The notes: a model not told the origin generated them from the sequence alone. Positions 1-12,109 are shown, numbered from the stretch's first letter. The stretch is DNA of 64,000 bases from Octopus vulgaris (GCA_951406725.2 OX597835.1:8122001-8186000), one strand, 5' to 3'. Numbers and translations are program-made.

Positions 1-10
1 CACGCCTGCG

Positions 11-46
<36 letters not shown>

Positions 47-52
<6 letters not shown>

Positions 53-211
53 TAATCCAAACAAGAAAGCACAAAAAACACAACAACGCGAGGACGTGGA
101 ACAAATATAGTATTATTGTATGCTCAGGAAAGAAGGAAAGAAGTAGGGTTTAACGTTTCGAGCGGAGCTCTTCGTCGGAAACATAGGAGAAGGAAAGATC
201 CAGAGAAGGGA
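47..211 (-). mobile_element. Short Penelope-like pseudo-LTR fragment abutting a (TA)n run
   Basis: Unique ~165-bp insert next to (TA)n at 13-47. On the minus strand it has a hammerhead-like motif followed by a GU-rich 3' end (TTGTGTTTTTTGTG) running into TA repeats. Confidence 0.55.
148..182 (-). ncRNA. Minimal type-I hammerhead ribozyme-like motif (U4C variant)
   Basis: Minus strand reads GUUU-CCGACGA-A-GAGC-UCC-GCUC-GAA-ACGU-U-AAAC: stem I GUUU/AAAC, stem II GAGC/GCUC, palindromic stem III ACGU, GUU triplet. Confidence 0.6.
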
Positions 212-219
212 ATATACAT

Positions 220-258
<39 letters not shown>

Positions 259-1380
259 GAAAACAGAGCAAGAACGAGCAGGTGACAAACAATAAACGAG
301 AGTAAAATCATTAAGAAAGAAAACTAAGAGTAATAAGGGGAGAGAGTGGGGAGAGAAAGAGGGAGAGAGAGAGAGGAAGAGAGAGAGACAGGGAGATAGG
401 GAGAAATACACTGAGAGATAGATAGACGTAGAGGGAAATGAGAAGGCAAAGCTGAGAGAAAGAGATAGGAGCCGCGGAAACAGTATCTGTTCTCAGACAG
501 ACGGAAAAATATATCTCTGATAAGATGATAAGAAACAAGTTATCCAATTCCCGCGACTCTTTACTATTGACTTTGCTGATTAAATTCACTGTTCTTTGTT
601 TTCTATTCCATTTCCCCTTTGTTCTATGATTTGGCCAGCTAATGTCTGTGGCGGTAACAATCATTAAAAAAGTGTTTGATCGAATACAAATGTTTTTAGG
701 TGTCGAAGAATAAAATATGTGTCAGAAGAAAATCTAATTAGGCTTAACAATAGAAAGTTTCTAACAGAGAACTTGCTGTCTTTGAGCGAAGAACAAGGAG
801 TTGTTGGAAGACAAACAGAATGAAAAGTAAAATCCACATTGAGATGGATTCAAGAACCGGATTCGATTCCCAACTGAAATCAATAATCCTATTCAATTCC
901 TATTCAAATAATAATTCCTTACGTTGGCATCTGGCACCAGAGATGCAATGAACAGGATTTATCAATAGAAACCGATAGAAAGTCTGCGAGCGGTCAGAAA
1001 CGCCAGCATACCGGACAGAAGGCTTGGCTGCATTTCTTTTGGTTGACCCAGGTCAACTTTACCTTTCATCCTTTCGTGGTCGATAAATACCAGGTGAGCA
1101 CTGGAGTTGATCTAATTTTGTCTCTCCCCACGAAATTGCTGACCTTATGATAAAATTTGAAACAATTATTAAAAAAACTATACATTCATATTAGTTTTCT
1201 CACAATATTTCGGCTATTTTACCTCCGGCCACTGACCGTGTATTCGGCAATATCCGTGACCTCTAGAACTGATCTTTTATAAAATCAACGGGTGTAGATT
1301 GATCTCGTTGCTTTCTCTACACGAAGTTCTCTAAACCAGGAATGGACCCCTTATTTAGCTCTGTTACTTGTGGACACTCC

Positions 1381-1660
1381 TCATCATCATCATTGTTCGA
1401 CCGTGGTCGAGACAATGGAATTTACCATGCTACGCCAGACTTCACGGTCCATCATGGCATTACGGAGGTCCTGTTGCTGGATGCCTGTATCCCTGGAGAT
1501 TACATCAGGGTAGGAGAGTGTGCGCCCTCTGGTATTGCGAGTAGATGGCTTCCAGAGGAGAAGAGTAGAAATTACTTCTTTTTCAGCTCTACAACAATGT
1601 CCAGCAAACTGGACTCTCCTACCTTTCACAAGAGATGACACAGGTGGTAGTTTCACATAT
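1381..1660 (-). mobile_element. RTE-clade LINE 3' end (ORF2 C-terminus + (TGA)n tail)
   Basis: ORF 1390..1656: RRVQFAGHCCRA...LLLWKP...RGR...AMMDREVWRSMV, ending directly in TGATGATGATGA. Confidence 0.8.
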
Positions 1661-1711
1661 ATACTTTAAATAGTGTGTGAATATACACACACGCACCGCG
1701 CGCGCAAAACT

Positions 1712-1745
<34 letters not shown>

Positions 1746-1747
1746 CG

Positions 1748-1794
<47 letters not shown>

Positions 1795-2533
1795 TATAGG
1801 CGGCTTTCGATACCAATGTAAATAACGATAAAATGTAATTGTTAAATTGGCCACATTTTGATCCTTATATGTGTGTGATTTTTGAGGATATTTTTGGCTG
1901 TTCTTTCTTACATTTCTATTAATCATGTTGACACTCGCTCAAAGCTATTTCAGTCAGCGCCTCACGGCATTTGTCATTTCGCTAAAATCAATGGAAGACA
2001 TAACACGTCACACATTCTAGGTTTTCGCTTCGTTAAGTCTCGTTCTATAGTGCCCGGAGAAAAAAAAAATCCTTGTAAAGAGATAAATGGAAATAGAATA
2101 ATAAGGATCTATTGTTCGCTGCAGTCATTGTTCGTAAAATATTGATAGAAAAGAGAAGTGATAACCACAGAAATAGGAACTATAAAAGTGTATCTGTTGA
2201 GAATTTCATCTTGAATATACCCTAATTATGAAATGGGTTAAAATACATTGAAATATACCTACAACTTACAAAATATTAACTGTTTTACCTGTCGGTTGGA
2301 GAGGCAAAAAAGGTGAAAGAAAATAGTTTCAATTGAACAATTCCAGTTTGCAGTGTATACTATCAATAATTTCTCTTTGTATTTGATAAAATACAATCAA
2401 AAATGAAAATTGTAATAAAGCAATCGCATATTGGCATCAATCAAATGTTTTCTTTATGTTAAGGTGGTACAAGACGAAGTATAATTCTTTTGTCACAACT
2501 AACAGAAGGAGATAGATGGATAAATAGATAGAT

Positions 2534-2580
<47 letters not shown>

Positions 2581-3140
2581 GAGACAGAGAGAGACAGAGA
2601 GAGACAGAGAGAGGAGCAGATAAAGAGAAACTGAAGCCAGAAAAAAATGAAAATAATAATTTTCATTACGTTTCCGAAACATCAAGAAGCTCAAAAGAAA
2701 AATAAAAAAAACAGAAAAGAATGAAATCTCCTGTAGATTGAACATTTACAAAATGCGAAAAATCAATGAAGGTACTTCAGTACGAAAATATATTTATTTC
2801 TTCAAAGATGTACGTACGCTTTCAGTTTTCTAGTCTAGCAGCTATCGACAGCCAAGATAAAACAATAGCAGATATGGTGTGAAATTGTGAAGTGCGGATA
2901 TCTGTGATAATTAAACACAAGAATAGGTAAAATGATATTATGACTCTCGTAGTTTTATCACTTCAGTAAATATCATTTGTTTCAGTGACATTTAGGTGTA
3001 TGCTATTGAAATGAAGCAACGACAGACAGTCTTGGAGAATCTTATACGAACCATTCCGCTGCCTGTGTAAACACAGAGGCGACAATGTGCATCTGTGACT
3101 GCACATAAATGTTTGACTGGTAGAGATCGTGCTTTAATGA

Positions 3141-3142
<2 letters not shown>

Positions 3143-3181
<39 letters not shown>

Positions 3182-3584
3182 CGTGTGTATGTGTGAGTGT
3201 GCGTGTGTGTCAATGTGTGTGTGTGGGTGTATGTGTGAGTGTGCGTGTGTGTCAATGTGTGTGTGTGTGTATATATTTCTTTGCTATGTGTGTGTGTGTG
3301 AATGGGTGTGTGGGTGTGTGTGTGTGTGTGCGTGTGTGTGTGTCTATGTGTGTGTGTGTGTGAATGGGTGTGTGGGTGCATGTGTGAGTGTGCGCGTGTG
3401 TCTACGTGTGTGTGTGTGTGTGAATGGGTGTGTGGGTGTATGTGTGAGTGTGCGTGTGTGTCAACGTGTGTGTGTGAATGGGTGTGTGGGTGTATGTGTG
3501 AGTGTGCGTGTGTGTCAATGTGTGTGGGTGTATGTGTGAGTGTGCGTGTGTGTCAATGTGTGTGTGTGTGTATATATTTCTTTG

Positions 3585-3637
<53 letters not shown>

Positions 3638-3904
3638 TGTGTGTGTGTCTGTGTGTGTGTGTGTGTGTGAATGGGTGTGTGGGTGTATGTGTGAGTGTGC
3701 GTGTGTGTCAATGTGTGTGTGTGTATATATTTCTTTGCTATGTGTGTGTGTGTGAATGGGTGTGTGGGTGTATGTGTGAGTGTGCGTGTGTGTCTACGTG
3801 TGTGTGTGAATGGGTGTGTGGGTGTATGTGTGAGTGTGCGTGTGTGTCTATGTGTGTGTGTGTGTGAATGGGTGTGTGGGTGTATGTGTGAGTGTGCGTG
3901 TGTG

Positions 3905-3944
<40 letters not shown>

Positions 3945-4120
3945 GGTGTGTGGGTGTATGTGTGAGTGTGCGTGTGTGTCTACGTGTGTGTGTGAATGGG
4001 TGTGTGGGTGTATGTGTGAGTGTGTGTGTGTCTATGTGTGTGTGTGTATGTGAATGGGTGTGTGGGTGTATGTGTAAGTGTGCGTGTGTGCGTGTGTGTG
4101 TGTGTGTGTGTGTATATTTC
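3143..4120. repeat. (GT)n-derived minisatellite with ~55-60 bp higher-order unit
   Basis: Recurrent GTGAATGGGTGTGTGGGTGTATGTGTGAGTGTGCGTGTGTGTC unit; TATATATTTCTTTGCTAT spacer occurs three times. Confidence 0.9.
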
Positions 4121-4222
4121 TTTGTTCTTTCTTTACGGTTCAGGAATCAAACGGACATGATGGATCAATTAGTAAGCAGCATCACTTTTTCTTATATGTG
4201 TGTGTGTGTGTTTATGTATGCC

Positions 4223-4260
<38 letters not shown>

Positions 4261-4263
<3 letters not shown>

Positions 4264-4602
4264 AGGCGCAATGGCCCAGTGGTTAGGGCAGCGGACTCAC
4301 GGTTGTAGAAGGCAACGAGCTGGCAGAAACGTTAGCACGCCGGGCGAAATGCGTAGCCGTATTTCGTCTGCCGCTACGTTCTGAGTTCAAATTCCGCCGA
4401 GGTCGACTTTGCCTTTCATCCTTTCGGGGTCGATTAAATAAGTACCAGTTACGCACTGGGGTCGATATATTCGACTTAATCTGTTTGTCTGTCCTTGTTT
4501 GTCCTCTCTGTGTTTAGCCCCTTGTGGGTAGTAAAGAAAGAGGTTGTAGAATCGCGGTTTCGATTCCCAGACCGAGCGTTGTGAGTGTTTATTGAGCGAA
4601 AC
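4261..4602 (+). mobile_element. 5' part of SINE family C interrupted by a family B SINE
   Basis: Head GGAGGCGCAATGGCCCAGTGGTTAGGGCAGCGGACTC resumes at 4542 with TCGCGGTTTCGATTCCCAGACC. Confidence 0.85.
4311..4541 (+). mobile_element. SINE family B (tRNA-like head, Nin/Deu-like GCCTTTCATCCTTTCGGGGTCGAT core)
   Basis: Matches other copies at 5128, 9472, 46716, 52511; 10-bp TSD GGTTGTAGAA at 4301-4310 and 4542-4551. Confidence 0.9.
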
Positions 4603-4604
4603 TA

Positions 4605-4700
4605 TATAAATATTACATTCTAATTTTCTTATAGCTAAGCTTTTACATGCTGACACACTGAAAGCTTAGCTATAAGAAAATTAGAATGTTATATTTTATA
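4605..4700. repeat. Inverted repeat/hairpin (29-bp perfect arms, 17-nt loop)
   Basis: 4615-4643 is the exact reverse complement of 4661-4689; the stem extends imperfectly outward. Confidence 0.9.
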
Positions 4701-5127
4701 CTTTTGACGTTTTGACAAAGGCCAGATTCCCGACAGTGCGTTAACCTTTGTTTATTTTGTCAAATGTCATCATCTTCCGTATAGACATTTTTTTCAATGT
4801 TCTTTGGCGATGTCGGTGTTGTTATCAGTTGTGCTTTGGTGGAGGCGTTATTTCGGACCAGTTTCATGCCTTGCATAACGTTTGACCAGCGATGACTGAA
4901 ATCGATTTCGATTGAGTCATTTCTCGACAGCTTTCCTCAAATTCATGAATAGGTTTGTTTTCATTACTCTTCTGGGGATTTGCGGTATATTCACTTCTGA
5001 ACAAATTCCCTGAGTACACAGGAAGCAGACCAAAAAAAAAAAAAAAACCAAAAGAAAAAAAACGGGACAAAAATAGTTTTCAAATAAACGATTTCAATTA
5101 GGATTATCGAATTTCTCTTGACAGCGA

Positions 5128-5360
5128 AAGGCGGCGAGCTGGCAGAACCGTTAGCACACCGGGCGAAATGCTTAGCGGTATTGCGTCTGTCGTTGCGTTC
5201 TGAGTTCAAATTCCGCTGAGGTCGACTTTGCCCTTCATCCTTTCGGGGTCGATAAATTAAGTACCAGTTACGCACTGGAGTCAATGTAATCGACTTAATC
5301 CGTTTGTCTGTCCTTGTTTGTCCCCTCTATGTTTAGCCCCTTGTGGGCAATAAAGAAACA
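5128..5360 (+). mobile_element. SINE family B, full length, with 34-bp TSD
   Basis: AAGGCGGCGAGCTGGCAGAA head to TAAAGAAA tail; GATTTCAATTAGGATTATCGAATTTCTCTTGACA at 5090-5123 and 5361-5394. Confidence 0.92.
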
Positions 5361-5817
5361 GATTTCAATTAGGATTATCGAATTTCTCTTGACATTTTCC
5401 AAAAGTTTGAATCTAATTGTAACCTCTTACATCTCCCCAGTCAGAAAATAATTCTTGTTGATGCCAGGTGACAGGAACCCCATGAGATTATGTAATGAAA
5501 TCTGACAATTGTTCAGAGCACCTCAAACGTCGTTGATAATAATTAAAGTAGCCAAAACTGGTGTGAAACCGACCAAAATGCCACCAATTTTCTCACCTTG
5601 GCCAAAACTCAAAAACAAATTTTCTATGAAAATAATAGCTAATGTGAAACGATATTCCAAGACACAGGTCAATGCCTGGAAATACATAATCAAGAAAAGT
5701 AATAAATAATTCTTTACAGTAACGCTTTTTGAAATTGTTTAAATTGTCTGCTGTCAATTGAAATTTATTTGATAAGTTTCTAACGGAAAACATTTGTAAG
5801 AGAGTTAAACATGTATA

Positions 5818-6177
5818 GGCGCAGGAGTGGCTGTGTGGAAAGTAGCTTGCTTACCAACCACATAGTTCCGGGTTCAGTCCCACTGCGTGGCATCTTGGGC
5901 AAGTGTCTTCTGCTATAGCCCCGGGCCGACCAATTCCTGAAAAAAGCCTGTCGTATATATATATATATATATGTGTGTGTCTGTGTTTGTCCCCCTGGCA
6001 TTGCTTGACAACCGATGCTGGTGTGTTTATGTCCCCGTCACTTAGCGGTTCGGCAAAAGGGACCGATAGAATAAGTACTGGGCTTACAAAGAATAAGTCC
6101 CGACTAAAGGCGATGCTCCAGCATGGCCGCAGTCAAAATGACTGAAACAAGTAAAAGAGAAAAGAGTAAAAAAGAGT
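5818..6177 (+). mobile_element. SINE family A (tRNA-derived, CORE-like CTTGGGCAAGTG motif, internal TA/TG microsatellite)
   Basis: GGCGCAGGAGTGGCTGTGTGG head, B-box-like GGTTCAGTCCC, tail ACTGAAACAAGTAAAAGAG; internal deletions relative to the 14573 and 34276 copies. Confidence 0.9.
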
Positions 6178-6371
6178 ATGTATGAAAGAACAGACTTATT
6201 TTAAAGTTTCCGAAAATGTCTTCGAAATCAGGAGATATTTTGGAACAATTCCGCTCGGCTTGCGGCTAACTGACATACAAAGTGTGTGTGTGTGTGTGTG
6301 TGTGTGTAGGTGTGTGTATAGGTGTGCGTGTTTTTACGTGCGTTCGTGTTTATGTATGTATATATGAGCAT

Positions 6372-6682
6372 GTATCAGTGGTTAGAACGTCGGACTTAAA
6401 ATCGTGAGGTTGTGAGTTCGATTCGCGGACCGAGTAGGGTGTTGTGTTCTTGATCGAGACACTCTATTCTGTGTTGCTCCAGTTCACTCAACTGTAGAAA
6501 TGAGCTGCGACCTCACTGATGTCCAGCTGTATAGGCCTTTGCCTTTCCCTTGGATAACACTGCTGGTGTGGAGAAGGGGGGCTGGTATGCATGTTCGACT
6601 GCTGCTCTTCCACAAGCAACCTTGCCCGTACTTGTGCCTCGGAGAAGAAATTTCTGGGCGCAACCTCATGGTTAGTCGTGAT
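6372..6682 (+). mobile_element. SINE family D (tRNA head + CORE-like domain), diverged
   Basis: CAGTGGTTAG...GAGTTCGATT box A/B then GTTGCTCCAGTTCACTCAACTGTAGAAATG; homologous to 50161-50492. Confidence 0.8.
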
Positions 6683-7329
6683 ACACACACACACACGCGC
6701 ACACACACACATACGCACACATGCACGCGCACACATACCACACACACAGGATATCTTGATTAGATTAAACTCCGAAACTCCGATTAGATTAAACTCCGAA
6801 ATCTACAACCGGCTAACCACCACCACAACAAATTAACTCAACATAACCCCCAGCTCCATACATACAAACCCAATACAGCAACTGACACCATTAACAGCAC
6901 TAAACCTCATAACTACAACTATAATTCCACTGCTAACATCCGATCCTTAAATTTACCAAAACGCCCAACTACACCTCCAGTCATAATAGATAACATCGCA
7001 GAGGATACCACCGGACACGGTAATCATCATACAAACCCAAAACACCACCCTCAACGCCTTAACAAATAATAATCTTAACACCAGCAATGATAACGAACCG
7101 AACACCGATTCCTCACTAAACAACAATGCCTCACAAGTTCATCTAGAACAGCCCCTACAAACCTATGCATCTGCAGACCCCCAACCTCCAGTCCTTCAAA
7201 CAACCGCTGTTTCACTAAAAACATAGTTTATACTTGCACAGAATCAACTGCCAACTGTATTCTCGTGCATAAAACCAAATTCCTGGCAATACGACGTTGC
7301 TGTTACCGTTTTTCCTTGTTGCAAAAATG

Positions 7330-8067
7330 AATAACTCCCTTCACAGACCACCATACACTGACCACTAATTTATTATAGTATAATGGTGGGTTTGGGCAAT
7401 CTAATCACTGTCCTGTTCCCCTGCTTTTGTCAAAGAGTACTCATTTCTCATCACAAGTAATGATTTGATGCAAAAACAGTCATTTTCCAGTCAAGAAAGC
7501 TATAAGGAGCACATTTCGAGGCATCTGTTTTTCTTTTTTTTTTCAATCTCGTTCAGTTGATGTGGAACAAACCTATCCGTTTTCTTGACTTTTCCAGTTT
7601 TATACAGGTGTCCAAAAATAATTGTGCGAGTTGTTTGGGGTTCTAATGAAAGTTTTCGATCCTTTATTCGCGGATTTTGTTCAACCGAAGCATTTAATCC
7701 ATCATACCGAATAACTGGTTTCGGCCTACCCGTTGGTTTATTTTCGAGACTATAATGTCCCGAACGAGAGCTTTGGAACCATATCTGAGCAGTTCTGAAA
7801 TCAACAAAACCATTAATAAAGGCCCGCTTGATATTCTGTAGAGCTTCTGCGACACAGTGACCCAGTTTGTACGCATACGAGCAAATCACTCAACATAGTT
7901 TGGTTGTTATCATTTTCATAAGGTGTCTAGGTACGAATTCTGTATACCAATATTGTTGAGAAAGAAAAAGAGTGAAGATGGAATGCAAGGTATACATAAT
8001 TGAGTTTTCAAATGACTGAAATAACAAGTAATTAAACATGCAACATTTCATGTGAAGTGACCTAATA
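7330..8067 (-). mobile_element. Degenerate mariner transposon (transposase N-terminal half + one TIR)
   Basis: ORF 7500..7889: RTAQIWFQSSRSGHYSLE..GRP..VEQNPR..HLYKTGKVKK..FVPHQL, then FLHQIITCDEK and VWWSVKG; TIR-like TATTAGGTCAC ends at 8067. Confidence 0.85.
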
Positions 8068-8679
8068 CATGTTTAAAGGCTACGCCCGAGTCTCGATATA
8101 AATGGAAGACATAGTCATGTCAAGGCTATTTCACAAATACCATAAGTTTGTGGAGATGATAAGCAAGAATTTATATAATCTTATTTAGTAAATATTTTTC
8201 TTTTATTCGATGCGGTCATGCTGAATGGCGCCATCAAATGAACGTATTGAAAACCACTTTTTTAATTGTGCTTGACGAATTGCCATGTAACTGCTTGAGA
8301 ACTATTAATGGCCTTGAGAAAAATAAGTCTATCTAAACGCATAAAAAAACCAATGTACCAATAAAAGTTTTCTCTATTGCATATTTTTGTACTGGTTTAT
8401 CGTATGGCTGTAAGACCTTCGGCTTACGGCAACGCTTAGTGTGGCATGCGGCTCGAAAAATGTTCAACTCGTCAATTTCATTTAATTCAAAAATAGTTTA
8501 TAATATATATATATATATATATTTATTGAAATGGATAAATGAGTTATCTTGTTACGGATTATTCAAAATTTAACCGATACCTGGGTAGCAAAATTCACCA
8601 CAGAAAAAACACGGTTGAAGTTACGACCATGGGGTGTCGCAACCGTGCCTTAGCGCGGATAATTGAAGTTTTATATATT

Positions 8680-8812
8680 TAGTGAAGGGAAGAAATGGAG
8701 CTGAACGAAGATTCTACAGAATTCCTTTTATTATTTTCTACACATGTTTCAAAGGCCGCAAATTTCCAAAAAGGAATTCTGTAGAATCTTCGTTCAGCTC
8801 CATTTCTTCCCT

Positions 8813-8818
<6 letters not shown>
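8680..8818. repeat. Perfect 50-bp inverted repeat with 39-nt loop, TA-flanked (MITE or inverted Penelope terminus)
   Basis: 8680-8729 is the exact reverse complement of 8769-8818; immediately followed by (TA)n. Confidence 0.9.
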
Positions 8819-8861
<43 letters not shown>

Positions 8862-9126
8862 TTGGTACTATATAAAACAGTCGTATGCCCAAATTTGGCC
8901 AAATGCGTTGTTTTCAATATATAATTTTGCTTGCATTAGCCAGTTCCTTTGCTCAAGCTATTGTATCTTCAGCTACTTCAGATGCCAAGATATGAAAAAT
9001 TGTCAAAGTGTAGTATATCGGTTTAACTGGAGAATGGAGAAAATATTTTTCGTTTTCTGAAAAATCAACGTCTTAGAATTACGACACTTTTGCATAGTAG
9101 CAACGATAAACACACACACACACACA

Positions 9127-9158
<32 letters not shown>

Positions 9159-9166
9159 GACACACA

Positions 9167-9214
<48 letters not shown>

Positions 9215-9405
9215 GTAAGTTAGATGAAAGAATAGATAAATAAAAAATAAAAAATAAAAGAATAAAAATAAAATAAAAAAATAAATAAATAAATAAATAA
9301 ATAAAAATAAAAAAATAAAAAAAAAAAATATTAAAAAAAATAAAAAAAAAATAATAAAAAAATAAAATAAAAAAAATATAAAAAAAAAAAAAAAAAAATT
9401 CTTGT

Positions 9406-9447
<42 letters not shown>

Positions 9448-9471
9448 ATATATATATATAAATAAATAAAT

Positions 9472-9660
9472 AGGCGAGCTGGCAGAATCGTTAGAACGCC
9501 AGGCGAAATGCTTAGCGTTATTTTGTCTGCCGCTACGTTCTGAGTTCAAATTCCGCCGAGGTCGACTTTGCCTTTCATCCTTTCGAGGTCGATAAATAAA
9601 GTACCAGTTTCGCCCTGGGGTCTACGTACTCGACTTAATCCCTTTGTCTGTTCTTGTTTG
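9472..9660 (+). mobile_element. SINE family B copy
   Basis: GGCGAGCTGGCAGAATCGTTAG...GTCGACTTTGCCTTTCATCCTTTCGAGGTCGATAAA. Confidence 0.85.
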
Positions 9661-10586
9661 ATCACTATACATAAATGCCCCACGCTACGAGGGACTCTTA
9701 AAGTCAAAACTACCATAATAAATACAGTGTACCGAACGCGAGGGAAATGGAACTCCCGAAGCGAGTTATATAGTAAATAGGCGAACAACAGAGTAATAGT
9801 AAATAGATTCTTATCTATTTAGACTGTACAATTCATAGTTCGTCCAAGCAGTAAATTTGGTTACTGAGAGGACCAGAAAGAACTCAATAGCAAATCGGTG
9901 CGATGAAAAGTTATGCGCGAATAAATTAAAATAAAAAAAGGGAAAGAACTGAAATCAACACCCACACTCACATACACTCACGTAAGTGTGTGCGTGCGTA
10001 GGTGCGTGTGTGTAGGTATGTTTGAGTTTGTGTGTGTGTGTGTGTATAATAACTGAATGAGTATATGTGCCATTTCTAGCAAATATTTTGGTAGAAGCCA
10101 ATGGCTTCGTGGTGGATGGAATGTTTTCCCATTTAAAAATTGTAACTTAATGGTACTATCAGTTGATGTGATGTGGAATTAAGATTGGTAAGTCTTGGAG
10201 TAGTTAGTAATAGCAATAAAGAGGACCTTTGATACTGGTGCTGCCAATGTTACTGAAACTGCAGCGAAGGTGATGGAACTTTGCTGATAAGCTCCTAGTC
10301 GTGGAAGTGTTGCTGTAGCTTGTGATGGCGAGGCAATAGTTGACGGTGGAGGGAGGAGCGGCGGGGCTGGGGGGATCTCGTTGGCTGAGTGATTTGAAAG
10401 ATACAGAACAATTTGATAAATATACAGAAGCTGTGGAATAACAGCTGTTTTACGTTCTCTTTTTTGGTTACAACATTGAAGATAAAGACTGTTTAAAAAA
10501 AGAACTCAATAGCAAATCGGTGCGATGAAATAGTATATGCACGCGCAATAACATTACACACACACATAGACACACACAGACACACA

Positions 10587-10628
<42 letters not shown>

Positions 10629-10677
10629 CTCTCTCTTTCGCTCGCTTATTCTCACGCACATAGGCGCGAGAGCACAC

Positions 10678-10724
<47 letters not shown>

Positions 10725-10998
10725 GATATATATATGTATATATATATATACATATATAAATACATATATATATGTATATATATATGTATATATATATATA
10801 CATATATAAATACATAGATATATACATATATATGTATATGTATATATACGTATATATCTATTCATATATATATATGTATGTATATATATATATACACACA
10901 TAAGTATGTGTGTGCGTACTTATATATGTGTATGTATATATGTATATGTATATATATGTATATATGTATTTATATATATACATACATATATGTATATG

Positions 10999-11063
<65 letters not shown>

Positions 11064-12109
11064 TGTATATACATATATGTATGTATGTATACAGAAATGT
11101 GTGTGCATATGTGTATGTGTATAATAGTGTTTGAACGCGTAGCAGAGTTATATAAAGGCAATTAAAGTAATTCAAGACGAATATATATGAATGGAGAAGG
11201 AAGGTCGCCGCCTCTCCGTCCCCGCCTTCCTCTCTCTTCTCTCTTCCTTCTTACCAATGTTAGAACATGTCTCCAGTTGTTTTAAATCTTGATAACAACC
11301 AGACAGAATTCTGGAAGGTCAGAGTTCGGATCTTGTTTGTATTTGATACAAGATTAAACAGACTCGAGAGTATTTCAGCAGAAGGGGAAATTGGTCGACC
11401 CCATTATTAACACGGAGGCCTGTGATTTGAGGGAGATTACTTTACTACTTCTTGCAGGTCGAACTTCGATGTAAAGAGTCTTCCTTTCGTGGTGTTAGCG
11501 TTGATGGTGGAAATTATATGGTCGTGTTGAAAGTCGCATGACATTACAGATGCAAATAACTATGATAATGTATGGTGACATTCAGAAGAATTTGTGGTTC
11601 TAAAAGAACCCTAGCTGTTGCTGTTGTCCTTATTGTTGTAGTTCTGTAGACTTGAAGTATTCTCTGAACGAAGAGACATTTCAAAACCATTCCAATCCTG
11701 ACCATGCTGTCATATTTATTATACATTTTATAATCATATCATAATATTCTCGTTGTTTCAATGGGATGCCAGTGTTTCTCCCGTGTGTTACGACAAGGGA
11801 GGCAACAACTGGATAGAGGAACGATATACCCAAGGGGAGAAGAGCGAGCGGAGGAAACAAAGACGAGTGTGTGTGTGTTATGTGCGTGCGTCTCATTACG
11901 GAAGATTTGGCTGCTACTTTTAACAGATCGACGATGTACTATAGCAGCCTTGGTTCGTGAGTGACGGAGTGCTAAAGGTTAAGGAGTCAATCAGAAAGTC
12001 TAAGAGCTGATGTTTCAGAGAATGGTCAGGTGCAAAAATGTCTTCGGACGAATTGGGCGGCGGTTTCTTTGCTTTGCTTCCTAGGCTTCTTTTGTTTTGT
12101 CTTTGTTTA

